A stretch of DNA of 64,000 bases from assembly GCA_963777505.1 (NCBI GenBank), contig CAVZQN010000004.1:320001-384000 (forward strand), read 5' to 3'. Under the pieces are notes generated by a model. The model did not search any database. It was not told the DNA's origin and saw nothing but the letters and a program-made list of their open reading frames with translations. The position numbers and the translations under genes are program-made. The first letter of the stretch is position 1, and each line of letters begins with the position of its first letter. This document shows positions 41,930 through 51,594 of the stretch, one piece after another. This stretch comes from an uncultured bacterium (GTDB lineage Bacteria > Acidobacteriota > HRBIN11 > JAKEFK01).

Positions 41930-43298
41930 ATGAATGCCATCAAAAAATTATTTCTGCTCCTGTTACTTAGTCTGTCACCGTCAATTATCTTTTCCCAAGA
42001 CAATACGTTTGTGAGAAAAGTAGAAGGAGCTGGAAGATTTCCAGGCAACAACTCAAACTGCGGATGGTGGTTATGTCACGGTAAGTTATGTTGATGAAAC
42101 AACTGTCCTTGTAAGAAGATTCAACGCTTCGGGTCAGAAAGGATGGGAACGAAGATTGGACTTGCATGTTGATACGTCTTTCCTCTACTCGTCTGCGCGC
42201 GTTAATGGAATCACTCAAACGACAGACGGAGGATTTGTCCTTGCTGGAACGGTGGGCTGTGATTACCGATGTTGGGATAACGGGTCTCCAATGTTAATCA
42301 AACTCCGATCAGATGGGACCTTTGAATGGAAGAGTCGCTTTAAGTTGGAAGGAATCCAAAGCTTCATCTTTTCTTCAGTAACTCCTATGCCTGATGGTGG
42401 AGTTATGGCAGCTGGTGTGTTCTACGCTGGAGAACATGTAACAAATCAGTTTTTCGTTGCAAGGTTTACGGCCGCAGGGAGTGTTGTCTGGGCAAAGAAG
42501 TTTGAAAATTTTCCTGACACAAACGTTTTTTTCCGACAATCCATGGTAAACACTGATAACGGACTCATTCTTGCGTTTACCACCGTAAAAAACATAAATG
42601 AACCGAACGGTGTTGATGTTTTGAAAATTACCCATTCGGGAAATGTTGATTGGGCAAAAAGACTAAAAGCCGATGGATTTACTTTTCAATCAATTGGAAG
42701 CACGTCCGACGGTGGAGTCATCCTGATCGGCACGATTGCACAATCAAACAAACTAAAGGTCATGACTCTAAAAAGCAACGGAATTCTTGATTGGAAAGCA
42801 GAATATTCGTTACGAGTCCCCGGAAAACCTTATTACGTTTCGACTCCGATACAACTGCCGAATGGTGAATATGCAATAACGGGTGGTTCTTTCGATGCAT
42901 CGACTACCCAATATCATGGTTTCATTGCGAAGATCGATTCATCTCGAAAAATCGCATTCCAGAATACTTTTGGTAACGGAGAAACGTTCGGAGAATCTGT
43001 TTTCGCTACCGCCAATGGCGGCTTTGTTTTGTTTGGCGGTATTAGTATTTATCATCAGGCCGACAATGCCATGCTTATTTTGAAAATGAATTCGGAAGGT
43101 TTGGTGCCTGCGTGCACGCTTATGGAGACCCATGAACTAGGTTCAACAACAAGCAGAGCGTTTGACTCATTGAGGATTGCAGGAGCTAGAATAAAGTCTC
43201 CCAGTCGAATCTTACTTAAGTCGCGAGAATTCGCACCAAGTTCTTCCGTTGCAACATTATCCCGATTCAACGATCTGCAATTAGTCGTTTCGATTTAG
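41930..43298 (+). CDS. Secreted beta-propeller repeat protein (frameshift near 42035)
   Basis: GGAGA RBS, signal peptide; repeats TTDGGFVLAG / MPDGGVMAAG / TSDGGVILIG with G...W-K/R motifs. Confidence 0.75.
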
Positions 43299-43311
43299 CA
43301 GGCATTCCAAA

Positions 43312-43347
43312 GGCTGATCGGCTATAAACCGTTCAGCCCCTTTTTTA
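43312..43347 (+). terminator. Intrinsic terminator
   Basis: GGCTGATCGG-CTATAAA-CCGTTCAGCC followed by T7. Confidence 0.65.
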
Positions 43348-43691
43348 TCTGCTGGATCTTCGATTTAAGTTTCGATAACCGAAACTCGGGACAAGCCAGA
43401 AAACTGAACATAACATCAGCAATCATTGTAGGCTCAAGTCGTTGTAAAATCATCGTTTCTTCGACAAAAATGTCAGCCGTATCTTCATCGATTTTTCCTC
43501 CGGAAATCTTAGAATCAACTAAACGAAGCGCAGGCCATTCCGACCGAACTTCTACCTGGAAAGTGCTATCCGTAAAATTGCCCAGATTTTTCCCTTTAAA
43601 CCGTGATCATTACCGGCAAACTCCAGCCATCATCTGTCCGAATTCGAATGTTTTTTTGCGTTCATCACACTCAAGAGATACAATTGTGACA

Positions 43692-44438
43692 ATGCGGGGG
43701 CCTCTTATTAAAAAATTAAGACTTCAGGTTTTATTCTTAATACTCACTTTTTTTGTGTCTTCTTTTTCTTGTTTTGGATACACCGTTGTTTTGAAATCCA
43801 AAGGGACACAAATAACAGGCGATTTAATCTCTGAGGACGAACATCAACTCCGTTTACGCGACCAGAAAGGCATAATCCTCGTTTTCAAAAAAGCAATACT
43901 GGATCTTCAACAAATGGAACTTCTCAACAAGGCGTTGCCTAAAGAGCCACCGCCTGCTCAGACTCAACCTGGCGCTTCAAATGTAGCCAAGAGAAAACCT
44001 ACACTTTCGGATGCCATAGCAAAGAAAACTGGTAAGGCAAAAGTATTGAAGCTTGAAGATTTGGAAAATACACCCGAACTATCAATCATTGGCTCAGAAA
44101 AATCCAGCGAAGAAGAAACATCAAGTGAAGAAGAGGAAGCAGCCGAGGAAAAACCTGCAGACACCTCTGCAGACGAACAATACTGGCGTGATCGAATGAA
44201 ACAGCTCCGTATGCAAGTGGAAGACTTTAAAAAGAAAGCCTCTGAATCTGACATTGAGTGTGAGCGGACGGGCGGCAGAAGTTCCCAAGAGAAAGCAGGA
44301 AGTACTTATCTACCGAATACCAATTGCAAGAACGCAGATGATTTTAGAGCCCAAGCCGATGCTGTTGAAGAAGAAATTAGAAAACTTCGCTTAGAAGGTA
44401 CCGTTAAAGATCTCCCACCGGAATGGTTTCAGGAATAG
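43692..44438 (+). CDS. Hypothetical exported protein with acidic linker and coiled coil
   Basis: Signal-like N-terminus from ATG 43692; EEETSSEEEEAAEE; YWRDRM coiled coil; LPPEWF end. Confidence 0.7.
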   Translation: MRGPLIKKLRLQVLFLILTFFVSSFSCFGYTVVLKSKGTQITGDLISEDEHQLRLRDQKGIILVFKKAILDLQQMELLNKALPKEPPPAQTQPGASNVAKRKPTLSDAIAKKTGKAKVLKLEDLENTPELSIIGSEKSSEEETSSEEEEAAEEKPADTSADEQYWRDRMKQLRMQVEDFKKKASESDIECERTGGRSSQEKAGSTYLPNTNCKNADDFRAQADAVEEEIRKLRLEGTVKDLPPEWFQE

Positions 44439-44606
44439 AAGCGGCAGTAGAATTGATTCATTTCCACCTCAGAAAACTTTTTCAGCACAAACAATAAATA
44501 ACCGATCCTGCGCTGAACGAACAATCATTGCGAGCTGATCGAAATTTCTGTACGAAACAATTACGCAAAACCTGCGATAATTGCTTTGAATCCATGGAGG
44601 TGCTTT

Positions 44607-45824
44607 ATGGTCCGTCCTGTCGATGGCTCGTCTCAACCCCCAGTCAGTAATACTGAGACTACTCCCGTTACAAGCAGCAATGCTGATTCAGCGAAAGCTG
44701 AAAGTGCGACGCCTTCCAGTCCAACATCCGAAACACAATCTACGAAAGTTTCAGATCCTGGAAAACAAGTTGCAGAGCATTCAATCGGCGGACAAGCTCG
44801 CGCTGCGCAACTTCAATCACAACTACCTGTGACTGAACCAAAAGGCCATGCTGCCGATGGAGCAACAGCAACCGCCACTCCACAGCCAACCCAAACAAAA
44901 AGCATGCAGAGTGTCATGAAAGATTCAGGCATGACAAATGTATCGGATCCACCAACAGAAGCTGAACTAAAAACATACTATTCTCAAAAAGCACCGGCAC
45001 ATGAAAAAATCGCAGCTGGAAAATACGCAGATGCTGCAACCGAATATAGAAAGCTTGCAGCGGCCTCGAACGATGATGCCGAGAAAGCGCGACTGAATCA
45101 GACTGCAAAGCAATTAGAAACCACTGACAGAATGAGCACTTCTGGTGTGAAGAATTTGAGTTTTCCTCCTACCGAAGGAAATGTTGATGCATATTTCGCA
45201 TCCAAAAAAGGAAAGCCGATTGGAGAAATAAAATCAGCATTCGAAGATTATTCAAACTCCTTCTATGTTCATTCAGAAACGAAAGGAGTAGATAAAGGCG
45301 ATATCAAATACGATCCAGAAACTCATCAAATAGGGAATACGACTTACAAAACGAATACTGTAGAGGACTGGGCAGACATAAACAATAGCCGTGAAATGCA
45401 TACCGATGGCCGCCGAATTGTCGATTGTGAAGGCTATGCTTATTTGGGTCAAAAAGCATTCAAAGCTGCAGGATTTACCCAGGGCACTTATGCAGGAGCC
45501 TTGCGCAAAGATGATCCAAATACTCCAGCAGATGAATCATTACAACAACATATGATGTACGCCGCACGAAGAACTGTAACCGATGAGAATGGAAAACAAC
45601 GGACAGAAGTGATTGCTGTCTCCAATTCGAAGACATACACCGCCGATACAGACGCCTTCAAGAACGGTGAAGAAGCTGAAGCCGCCGCGCTGACTCGCGG
45701 ATATCGCGATGCGTACCGAAGTGGGAATGTCAGTCCTGGAGGTGCGATCGTCAGAGAATCTGAACCGTGGAAGGTGATGTGGGAACTGGATAAGCAAGTG
45801 GATCAGCTAAAATCCAAAAAGTAA
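44607..45824 (+). CDS. Orphan protein: disordered S/T/P-rich N-terminus plus putative transglutaminase/papain-like catalytic domain
   Basis: GGAGGT RBS; no Sec signal; IVDCEGYAYL and QHMMY motifs. Confidence 0.7.
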   Translation: MVRPVDGSSQPPVSNTETTPVTSSNADSAKAESATPSSPTSETQSTKVSDPGKQVAEHSIGGQARAAQLQSQLPVTEPKGHAADGATATATPQPTQTKSMQSVMKDSGMTNVSDPPTEAELKTYYSQKAPAHEKIAAGKYADAATEYRKLAAASNDDAEKARLNQTAKQLETTDRMSTSGVKNLSFPPTEGNVDAYFASKKGKPIGEIKSAFEDYSNSFYVHSETKGVDKGDIKYDPETHQIGNTTYKTNTVEDWADINNSREMHTDGRRIVDCEGYAYLGQKAFKAAGFTQGTYAGALRKDDPNTPADESLQQHMMYAARRTVTDENGKQRTEVIAVSNSKTYTADTDAFKNGEEAEAAALTRGYRDAYRSGNVSPGGAIVRESEPWKVMWELDKQVDQLKSKK

Positions 45825-45860
45825 GCTTAGCTCACCATTCCATAAATCCAAAGAAGCCAT

Positions 45861-45886
45861 GGTAGTACTATTGATATAGTACTACC
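45861..45886. other. Perfect 11-bp inverted repeat between convergent genes
   Basis: GGTAGTACTAT-TGAT-ATAGTACTACC. Confidence 0.6.
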
Positions 45887-45907
45887 TAACGTGGAGATTC
45901 GTTGTTC

Positions 45908-47630
45908 TTATGGCGTGTACCAAATTGGCGATGTATATGCACGCTCGGTGATGGTCATCTTTGTTCCAGGAAGCGGTGTGGAGCCGTAATACTTCGCATC
46001 ATATGCCGTCCAGCGTGGTGTCGGTATTTCAATCACGCGCGCGTAGTAAAACGCCTTCAAGCGTTGGATCGAAGTCCGGATCTTTCCACACTGTGATCAA
46101 TTCGCTCGAACCGATTGTGTTGGTCCATGTCGCGTTCGGAACATCAACTGTATTTCCGACTGAAGTTTTGCAGCGGCCATCCGCTTCAATCTTGCGTCCG
46201 CCGGAAACTGCTACATCATAAATGCGCTCTTGCAACTTACCGTCTTTACCGAGCCAACCTTTGATGACCTGGATGCGATCAAGATTTCCACTAATTGGAT
46301 CCTTAAGCGCCGCAACTAGAAACGTCGGTGACTTTACCCTGAGGTGCTTCTGTTAAGTCGCCGCCCATCGGCACACCTTTGGTGTAACCAACTCTTGCTG
46401 GCAAGCGATTGTTTGCGTCGTTCGACTCGAAGTCCCAGCCGCCAAAGAAGCGAACGATCATTCGCGAGCCGGTGGTTGCATAAGTTTCCTTGCGTTGCAT
46501 CGCGTCCCAAATTGATTCGCGCGTATTTTCCTGAGCCCACACTGCGGCGTAACCGGATGAGGATACTTCCCAATCCATGATCTTCACGCCGGTCTTTTGG
46601 TTATCCATGAACTTGCCGGTCATTCGATGTGCACTTGGCTCTTGCGGTGTGGTCTTGCCAAAGAAATTATCTTCTTCGAATGATGCAAGGCCGGTGTGTG
46701 CATCACTGCTGCCGACGAGTCCGAATTTGTATGGATTTACTCCGAGCTTCGCTTCCAGCTTGAGTCCGTTTTTCAATGCTGAACGGGTGTATTCGAATTC
46801 AAGCATGTTCTTTCGTCTTCGCAACGCTAGCATCGAGATTGCCTTTGTCCCAAAGTTCGTAGTTTGCAAACTCGTCAGTCGGCGAAAGGTATGGATGTGC
46901 CTCGCCATCGCCTTTCAGTTTGCGTTGCTTCGTAGAGACGCTCCCACTTCATGCGCTGCTTCAGCATACGCGCGATCAATCGGTTTTCCGAATTCTTCGA
47001 CGATCGGGAACATTGTGCCGTTGCTCAGGTTACCATTGTGCGCGATAGCCAGCACGTTGCCGCCGGTTTTCTTTTCGTAAGCATCCATCCATTTCCAAAG
47101 ATCAAGTGGATTGGTGCTGCCTGCTGGCGGGTAACAGGTGAATGGTTCAACCTGGCTCGCTTTGTCACCATTGTCGCGGAAGATTACATTGCGATGCAGA
47201 TTGTTACCCTTATCAAGCGAGGTCCATTCGTAGCCGATAAATGCGGTGAAGCGGCCGGGGTCGTTGTAGTGTTCGGCGGCAGCGATGGTTTCCTGCCAGG
47301 CGCCGCGATAGAACTTCGTGCCTGGAAAATACATGAGCTCTTTAGGAAAGGTGCCTTGAGCAAAGTTACCAATGATATCGAGAGCGGCATCGGCGCCTTT
47401 GCCCGACTGCATCATGTCAAACCACTGGCGGCCCTTCGGATGAGCGAGTATCTCGGGCTTGCCGGTGAACAGATCGGGAAAAAATCCCATATTGTCGGAA
47501 TGGGAAAGACTTTCGCGGCCTCTTCTTTATCAAGCGTGCCGGTGTCTGTTGTGTTTTGTGCTGAGACGAACGTTGCGAACGAGAGACTGGCAACGCATAA
47601 CAAAAGAATTGTCCTGAATGTTTTTTTCAT
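45908..47630 (-). pseudogene. DUF3604 paralog with internal deletion and frameshifts
   Basis: AAKVFP joins directly to HSDNMGFFP near 47505, lacking the YSPYA...GDTHLHT...DFLVVAD segment present in the other two copies. Confidence 0.75.
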
Positions 47631-47663
47631 AAAGTGCTTCCTTGTTTAAGGGCGTTTGACTTT

Positions 47664-49594
47664 TTAGGGTGTATACCAGATTGGCGAAGTGTAAGCGCGT
47701 TCCTCTGTTGTCATTGGAATTTTCGGATCTACATTCTTGATGCCAAATCTCTTAACATCGTATGCGGTCCAACGCGGCGTTGGAATTTCGATGACACGAG
47801 CGTAATAAAAGGCGCGAAGCTTCGGATCAAAATCGGGATCTTTCCAAACAGCGATCAACTCTGAATCTCCGATCGTGTTGGTCCACGTTGCATTCGGAAT
47901 ATCGACAGTATTTCCAACCGCTGTTTTACATCTTCCATCTGCATCAATTTTGCGGCCATCAGAAACGGCAACATCATACACACGCTCCTGAAGCTCACCC
48001 TTCGAATCCAACCAGCCTTTGATGATTTGAATCCGATCGAGATTCCCGCTTAACGGATCTTTCAAAGCCGCTACCATAAAAGTTGCAGATTTCCCTGCAG
48101 GCGCTTTACGGAGATCGCCGCCCATAGGAACACCTTTTGAATAACCTGCTTCTGCAGGACTGCGAGTTTCTGCATCTTTCGCATCAAAATCCCAGCCGCC
48201 AAAAAATCGGACGAGCATCCGCGAGCCGGTGGTTGCATAAACTTCCTTACGCTGCATTGCATCGAACAAAGCTTCGCGCGTATTTTCTTTCGCCCACACA
48301 CCAGCGTATCCGGATGCAGCCTGGGTCCAGCCAAGATATACAATTCTCACCAAAACAACCAACATTATGAGACATACGTTCAGCGTTTGGTTCGGTGCCA
48401 GCATGCTTACCGAAGAAATTATCTTCTTCTGCAGTAGCCAGCCCTGTGTGTGAATCCGTTGAGCCTATCATCCCGAATTTGTATGGATTCGTGCCCAGCT
48501 CATTCTCCAATTTCAATCCGATCTTCAACCCGGAACGGGCATATTCGTACTGGAGCATTTCCGGTTTTTTTGGAACGCTCATATTGAGATTGAACTTATC
48601 CCATGTTTCATAATCTGCGAACTCATCGTTCGGAGAAAGAAATGGATGTGCTTCTCCGTCTCCTTTGATTTGAGTCACTTCGTAAAGCGGTTCCCATTTA
48701 GCACGCGTTTGTGCATAGTCACGATCCACAGGTTTGCCCGTGAAGGATTCGATCACAGGGAACATGATTCCATTGCTGAGATTCCCATTGTGAGCGATCG
48801 CTAGCACTTGACCGCCGGTCTTTTTTTCATAAGTATCTAAATATTTCCAGAGGTCACGCGGATTGTCGCTGCCAAGCGGCTTCAACGTTGTGTAAGGCTC
48901 CATTTGAATTGCTTTGCTACCGTCATCTCTGTAAATCACAACGCGGTGAAGATTATTGCCACCCGTGTTCGACGTCCATTCATAACCGATAAAGGCAGTG
49001 AAGCGACCGGGATCATTGTAATCTTCGGCTGCTTTGATTGTAGTTTCCCATGCAGATCGATAAGCAGTCGCTTCCGGGAAATGATGCGAGCGCGGGAGGA
49101 AATGTGTTTTTTGAAAAACGATCGATGACCTCTGTTGCGACTTTGACACTTTCCGATCACCGCCAGCCTGAATCATGTCGTACCAGCGGCGTCCTGTTTC
49201 ATCCGCAAGAAACTCAGGATCACCGGAAAAGAGCTTCGGGAAAAAACCCATGTTATCGGAATGATCCGCAACAACAAGAAAGTCGAGCGGTCGCGACAGT
49301 TTTACTTGAAGTCCACCGGATGAGGTTAACTCTTCACCTCTTGCAAACCTGTATGCATCTGCAGGAACCAACCGCGCGCCAAATGCACCAGCATCCATCG
49401 ACGTACGACGTATGCAAATGAGTATCACCCCAGAAAACACGAGTTGGATAATTGCGTCCTGCATAGGGAGAAAATTTCTTTACAGCAGGAAATGCATGCT
49501 TGAGATTTTCTGCCGGTGGTGGAGCTTCTTGCGCAAAGACGGAAAAGGACAACATGAGCAAAATTGCGAATAATTTTATATTTTTCGAATTCAT
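47664..49594 (-). CDS. DUF3604 paralog (frameshifted, otherwise full length)
   Basis: [44 protein letters not shown] over 3-4 ORF pieces. Confidence 0.88.
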
Positions 49595-49655
49595 AGGTCT
49601 CCTTGAGGCGTCAGAAAGTTAACTTCAAACAGGAATGAGTATTTTCCATTTAAAC

Positions 49656-49684
49656 AAAAAAAGAAGCAACATGCGCTGTTGCTT
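49656..49684 (-). terminator. Intrinsic terminator after sigma54 activator 1
   Basis: AAGCAACA-N5-TGTTGCTT stem with T-run on minus strand. Confidence 0.6.
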
Positions 49685-49726
49685 AGCTTGTTTTCCGTTG
49701 GAATCGGTGAGGTTTTTGGGAACAAT

Positions 49727-51370
49727 CTAAGGACGTTTGATGCCGAGTTTGGCCATACGAGTTTCGAGGGTGGTTGGTTTCATGCCTAAAGTGTCTGCCG
49801 CTCCCTGTTTGCCGCGGATTTTCCATGATGCATTTTCCAGTACTCTTCGGATGTGTTGAATTTCCATCTCTTTCAAAGTGAAAGCTGTAGACGTTCCATT
49901 AGAAGAAGTCACTTTTGGAATTTCGATTTCGAGTTTTGATGAATTCGAAATAATCATCGCTCTCTCGATCGCATTTCTCAATTCGCGGACGTTCCCAGGC
50001 CAGGAGTACTCTATAAGAGCTTCCATGCACTTTTGTGAAATGCTCTCCACTTTTTTCCCAAGTTCATTGCAGAGTTCCTCCACAAATGTCCAGACTAGCA
50101 TTGGAATATCCTCACGGCGTTCACGCAGTGAAGGTACGTGTATTGGAAATACATTCAACCGGTAATACAAATCTTTTCGGAATGTTCCATCTTGAACAGC
50201 TTTTTCAAGGGATTGGTTTGTAGCCGCGATTACACGAACATCGATATGTATAGGTTTCGGATTCCCTAATCTTTCGATTTCCCTTTCTTGTAAAACACGA
50301 AGCAACTTGACCTGGGCTTCCATTGGAAGAGAGGTAATTTCATCCAAGAAAATTGTAGATGTGTCTGCTAGTTCAAAGCGTCCAATTTGACGCGAAAGCG
50401 CTCCTGTATAGGCTCCTTTTTCACGTCCAAACATTTCACTTTCAACTAAGGCAGCCGGAATTGCGCCGCAATTTACCCGAACCATCGGCTTGAGTCCGCG
50501 TGGGCTCATTCTATGAATCATTGAGGCAAAAACTTCTTTTCCTGTTCCGGTTTCTCCATGAAACAGAACGGTCGCATTCGTTGCCGCTACTTGCTCAGCT
50601 TTGGAGAAAGCTTCTCTAATTGCAGGACTCTGACAAATAATCTTTCGAGCCGGACTTGAGGCTTTCAATTCACTTCCGCTATGCGCATCATCATCCGTCT
50701 TCTGCTTTTTTAGCTTTTCAAGTTCCAGTAGGCATTGATCAAGTTTTTGCGCTTTCCTTCTCAGCAGGATTGAGCTGGAAAATACATGAGCTGCTACATT
50801 CATCAGAGGCATTATCTTTTCGGCAGAGACAATCTCCTTTGCTGCGGTAAGAGCAAAAATGCCGTAGATTCTGTCATCATCAAATAATGGAAATGCCAGA
50901 AGGAAATGATCCGGACCAAACTTGCGAAGAGTCTCTTTATCTATGATTGCTGCTTCCGGTAAATCATCGATTCGCGAATGCCTGAACTCATGTCCGCTTA
51001 AAAGCTGTTCAAACATCCATGGAAACGAATCTGTGGCAAAGAAAGGTTTCTCGTCAAGATGACCGTGTCCTGACGCAACAATAATGTGCGTACAAGCAAA
51101 CCTTTTGCTGCCTCCTTCTTCTTGTTGAAGCAAGACTGCTCGGTCAAGATGCAGAAAATCAAGGACACTCTTGATATTTGCTTCGATGGCGCTATCTAAA
51201 TCTTCCCAACCACAACGAGCCATCCTGGAAGAGATGTCCGAAATAAGTAGTTCGAAATCGGTGGCGGCAAAAGCTTCATTTTTGCGAATAAAATCAATTT
51301 TTTTCTGTTCACGACCTGCCGTAGAATAGTAATCAACAAACTTGAGACTCGCTTCGGAGTATTTCTGCAT
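49727..51370 (-). CDS. GAF-sigma54-interacting AAA+-HTH transcriptional activator (FhlA-like)
   Basis: GETGTGKE, ESEMFGREKGAYTGA, FLDEI, DLYYRLNVFPI, WPGNVREL, C-terminal HTH. Confidence 0.93.
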   Translation of the reverse strand: MQKYSEASLKFVDYYSTAGREQKKIDFIRKNEAFAATDFELLISDISSRMARCGWEDLDSAIEANIKSVLDFLHLDRAVLLQQEEGGSKRFACTHIIVASGHGHLDEKPFFATDSFPWMFEQLLSGHEFRHSRIDDLPEAAIIDKETLRKFGPDHFLLAFPLFDDDRIYGIFALTAAKEIVSAEKIMPLMNVAAHVFSSSILLRRKAQKLDQCLLELEKLKKQKTDDDAHSGSELKASSPARKIICQSPAIREAFSKAEQVAATNATVLFHGETGTGKEVFASMIHRMSPRGLKPMVRVNCGAIPAALVESEMFGREKGAYTGALSRQIGRFELADTSTIFLDEITSLPMEAQVKLLRVLQEREIERLGNPKPIHIDVRVIAATNQSLEKAVQDGTFRKDLYYRLNVFPIHVPSLRERREDIPMLVWTFVEELCNELGKKVESISQKCMEALIEYSWPGNVRELRNAIERAMIISNSSKLEIEIPKVTSSNGTSTAFTLKEMEIQHIRRVLENASWKIRGKQGAADTLGMKPTTLETRMAKLGIKRP

Positions 51371-51485
51371 TCATCCCTCCAAAAAATGGACAAAGGCGGG
51401 ATCTTTCCAAAACCATTGTGAGATGTGGTGCTCCCGTACCTACGATCGCTCCAAAGAAGGGTAACGGATGTGAACTTGATTGAAT

Positions 51486-51503
51486 ATTGGACCTTAGTCC
51501 AAT
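51486..51503. promoter_or_regulatory. Palindromic operator copy 3 (ATTGGAC-CTTA-GTCCAAT)
   Basis: Perfect 7-4-7 palindrome with the same GGAC-N4-GTCC core, in a divergent intergenic region. Confidence 0.65.
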
Positions 51504-51594
51504 CTGAGGGGAATGAGGTTTGATCAGAGCGAAATTGATAATAGGATTACAGGATATGCGGCGGGCTATAAAAACCCGCCGGGTTTGAATTGAA

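Noticed and set aside
43281-43630. Open minus-strand frame of about 115 codons between two plus-strand genes
   Set aside because: No credible start or RBS, no recognisable motif, and it runs through a terminator; at most a remnant.
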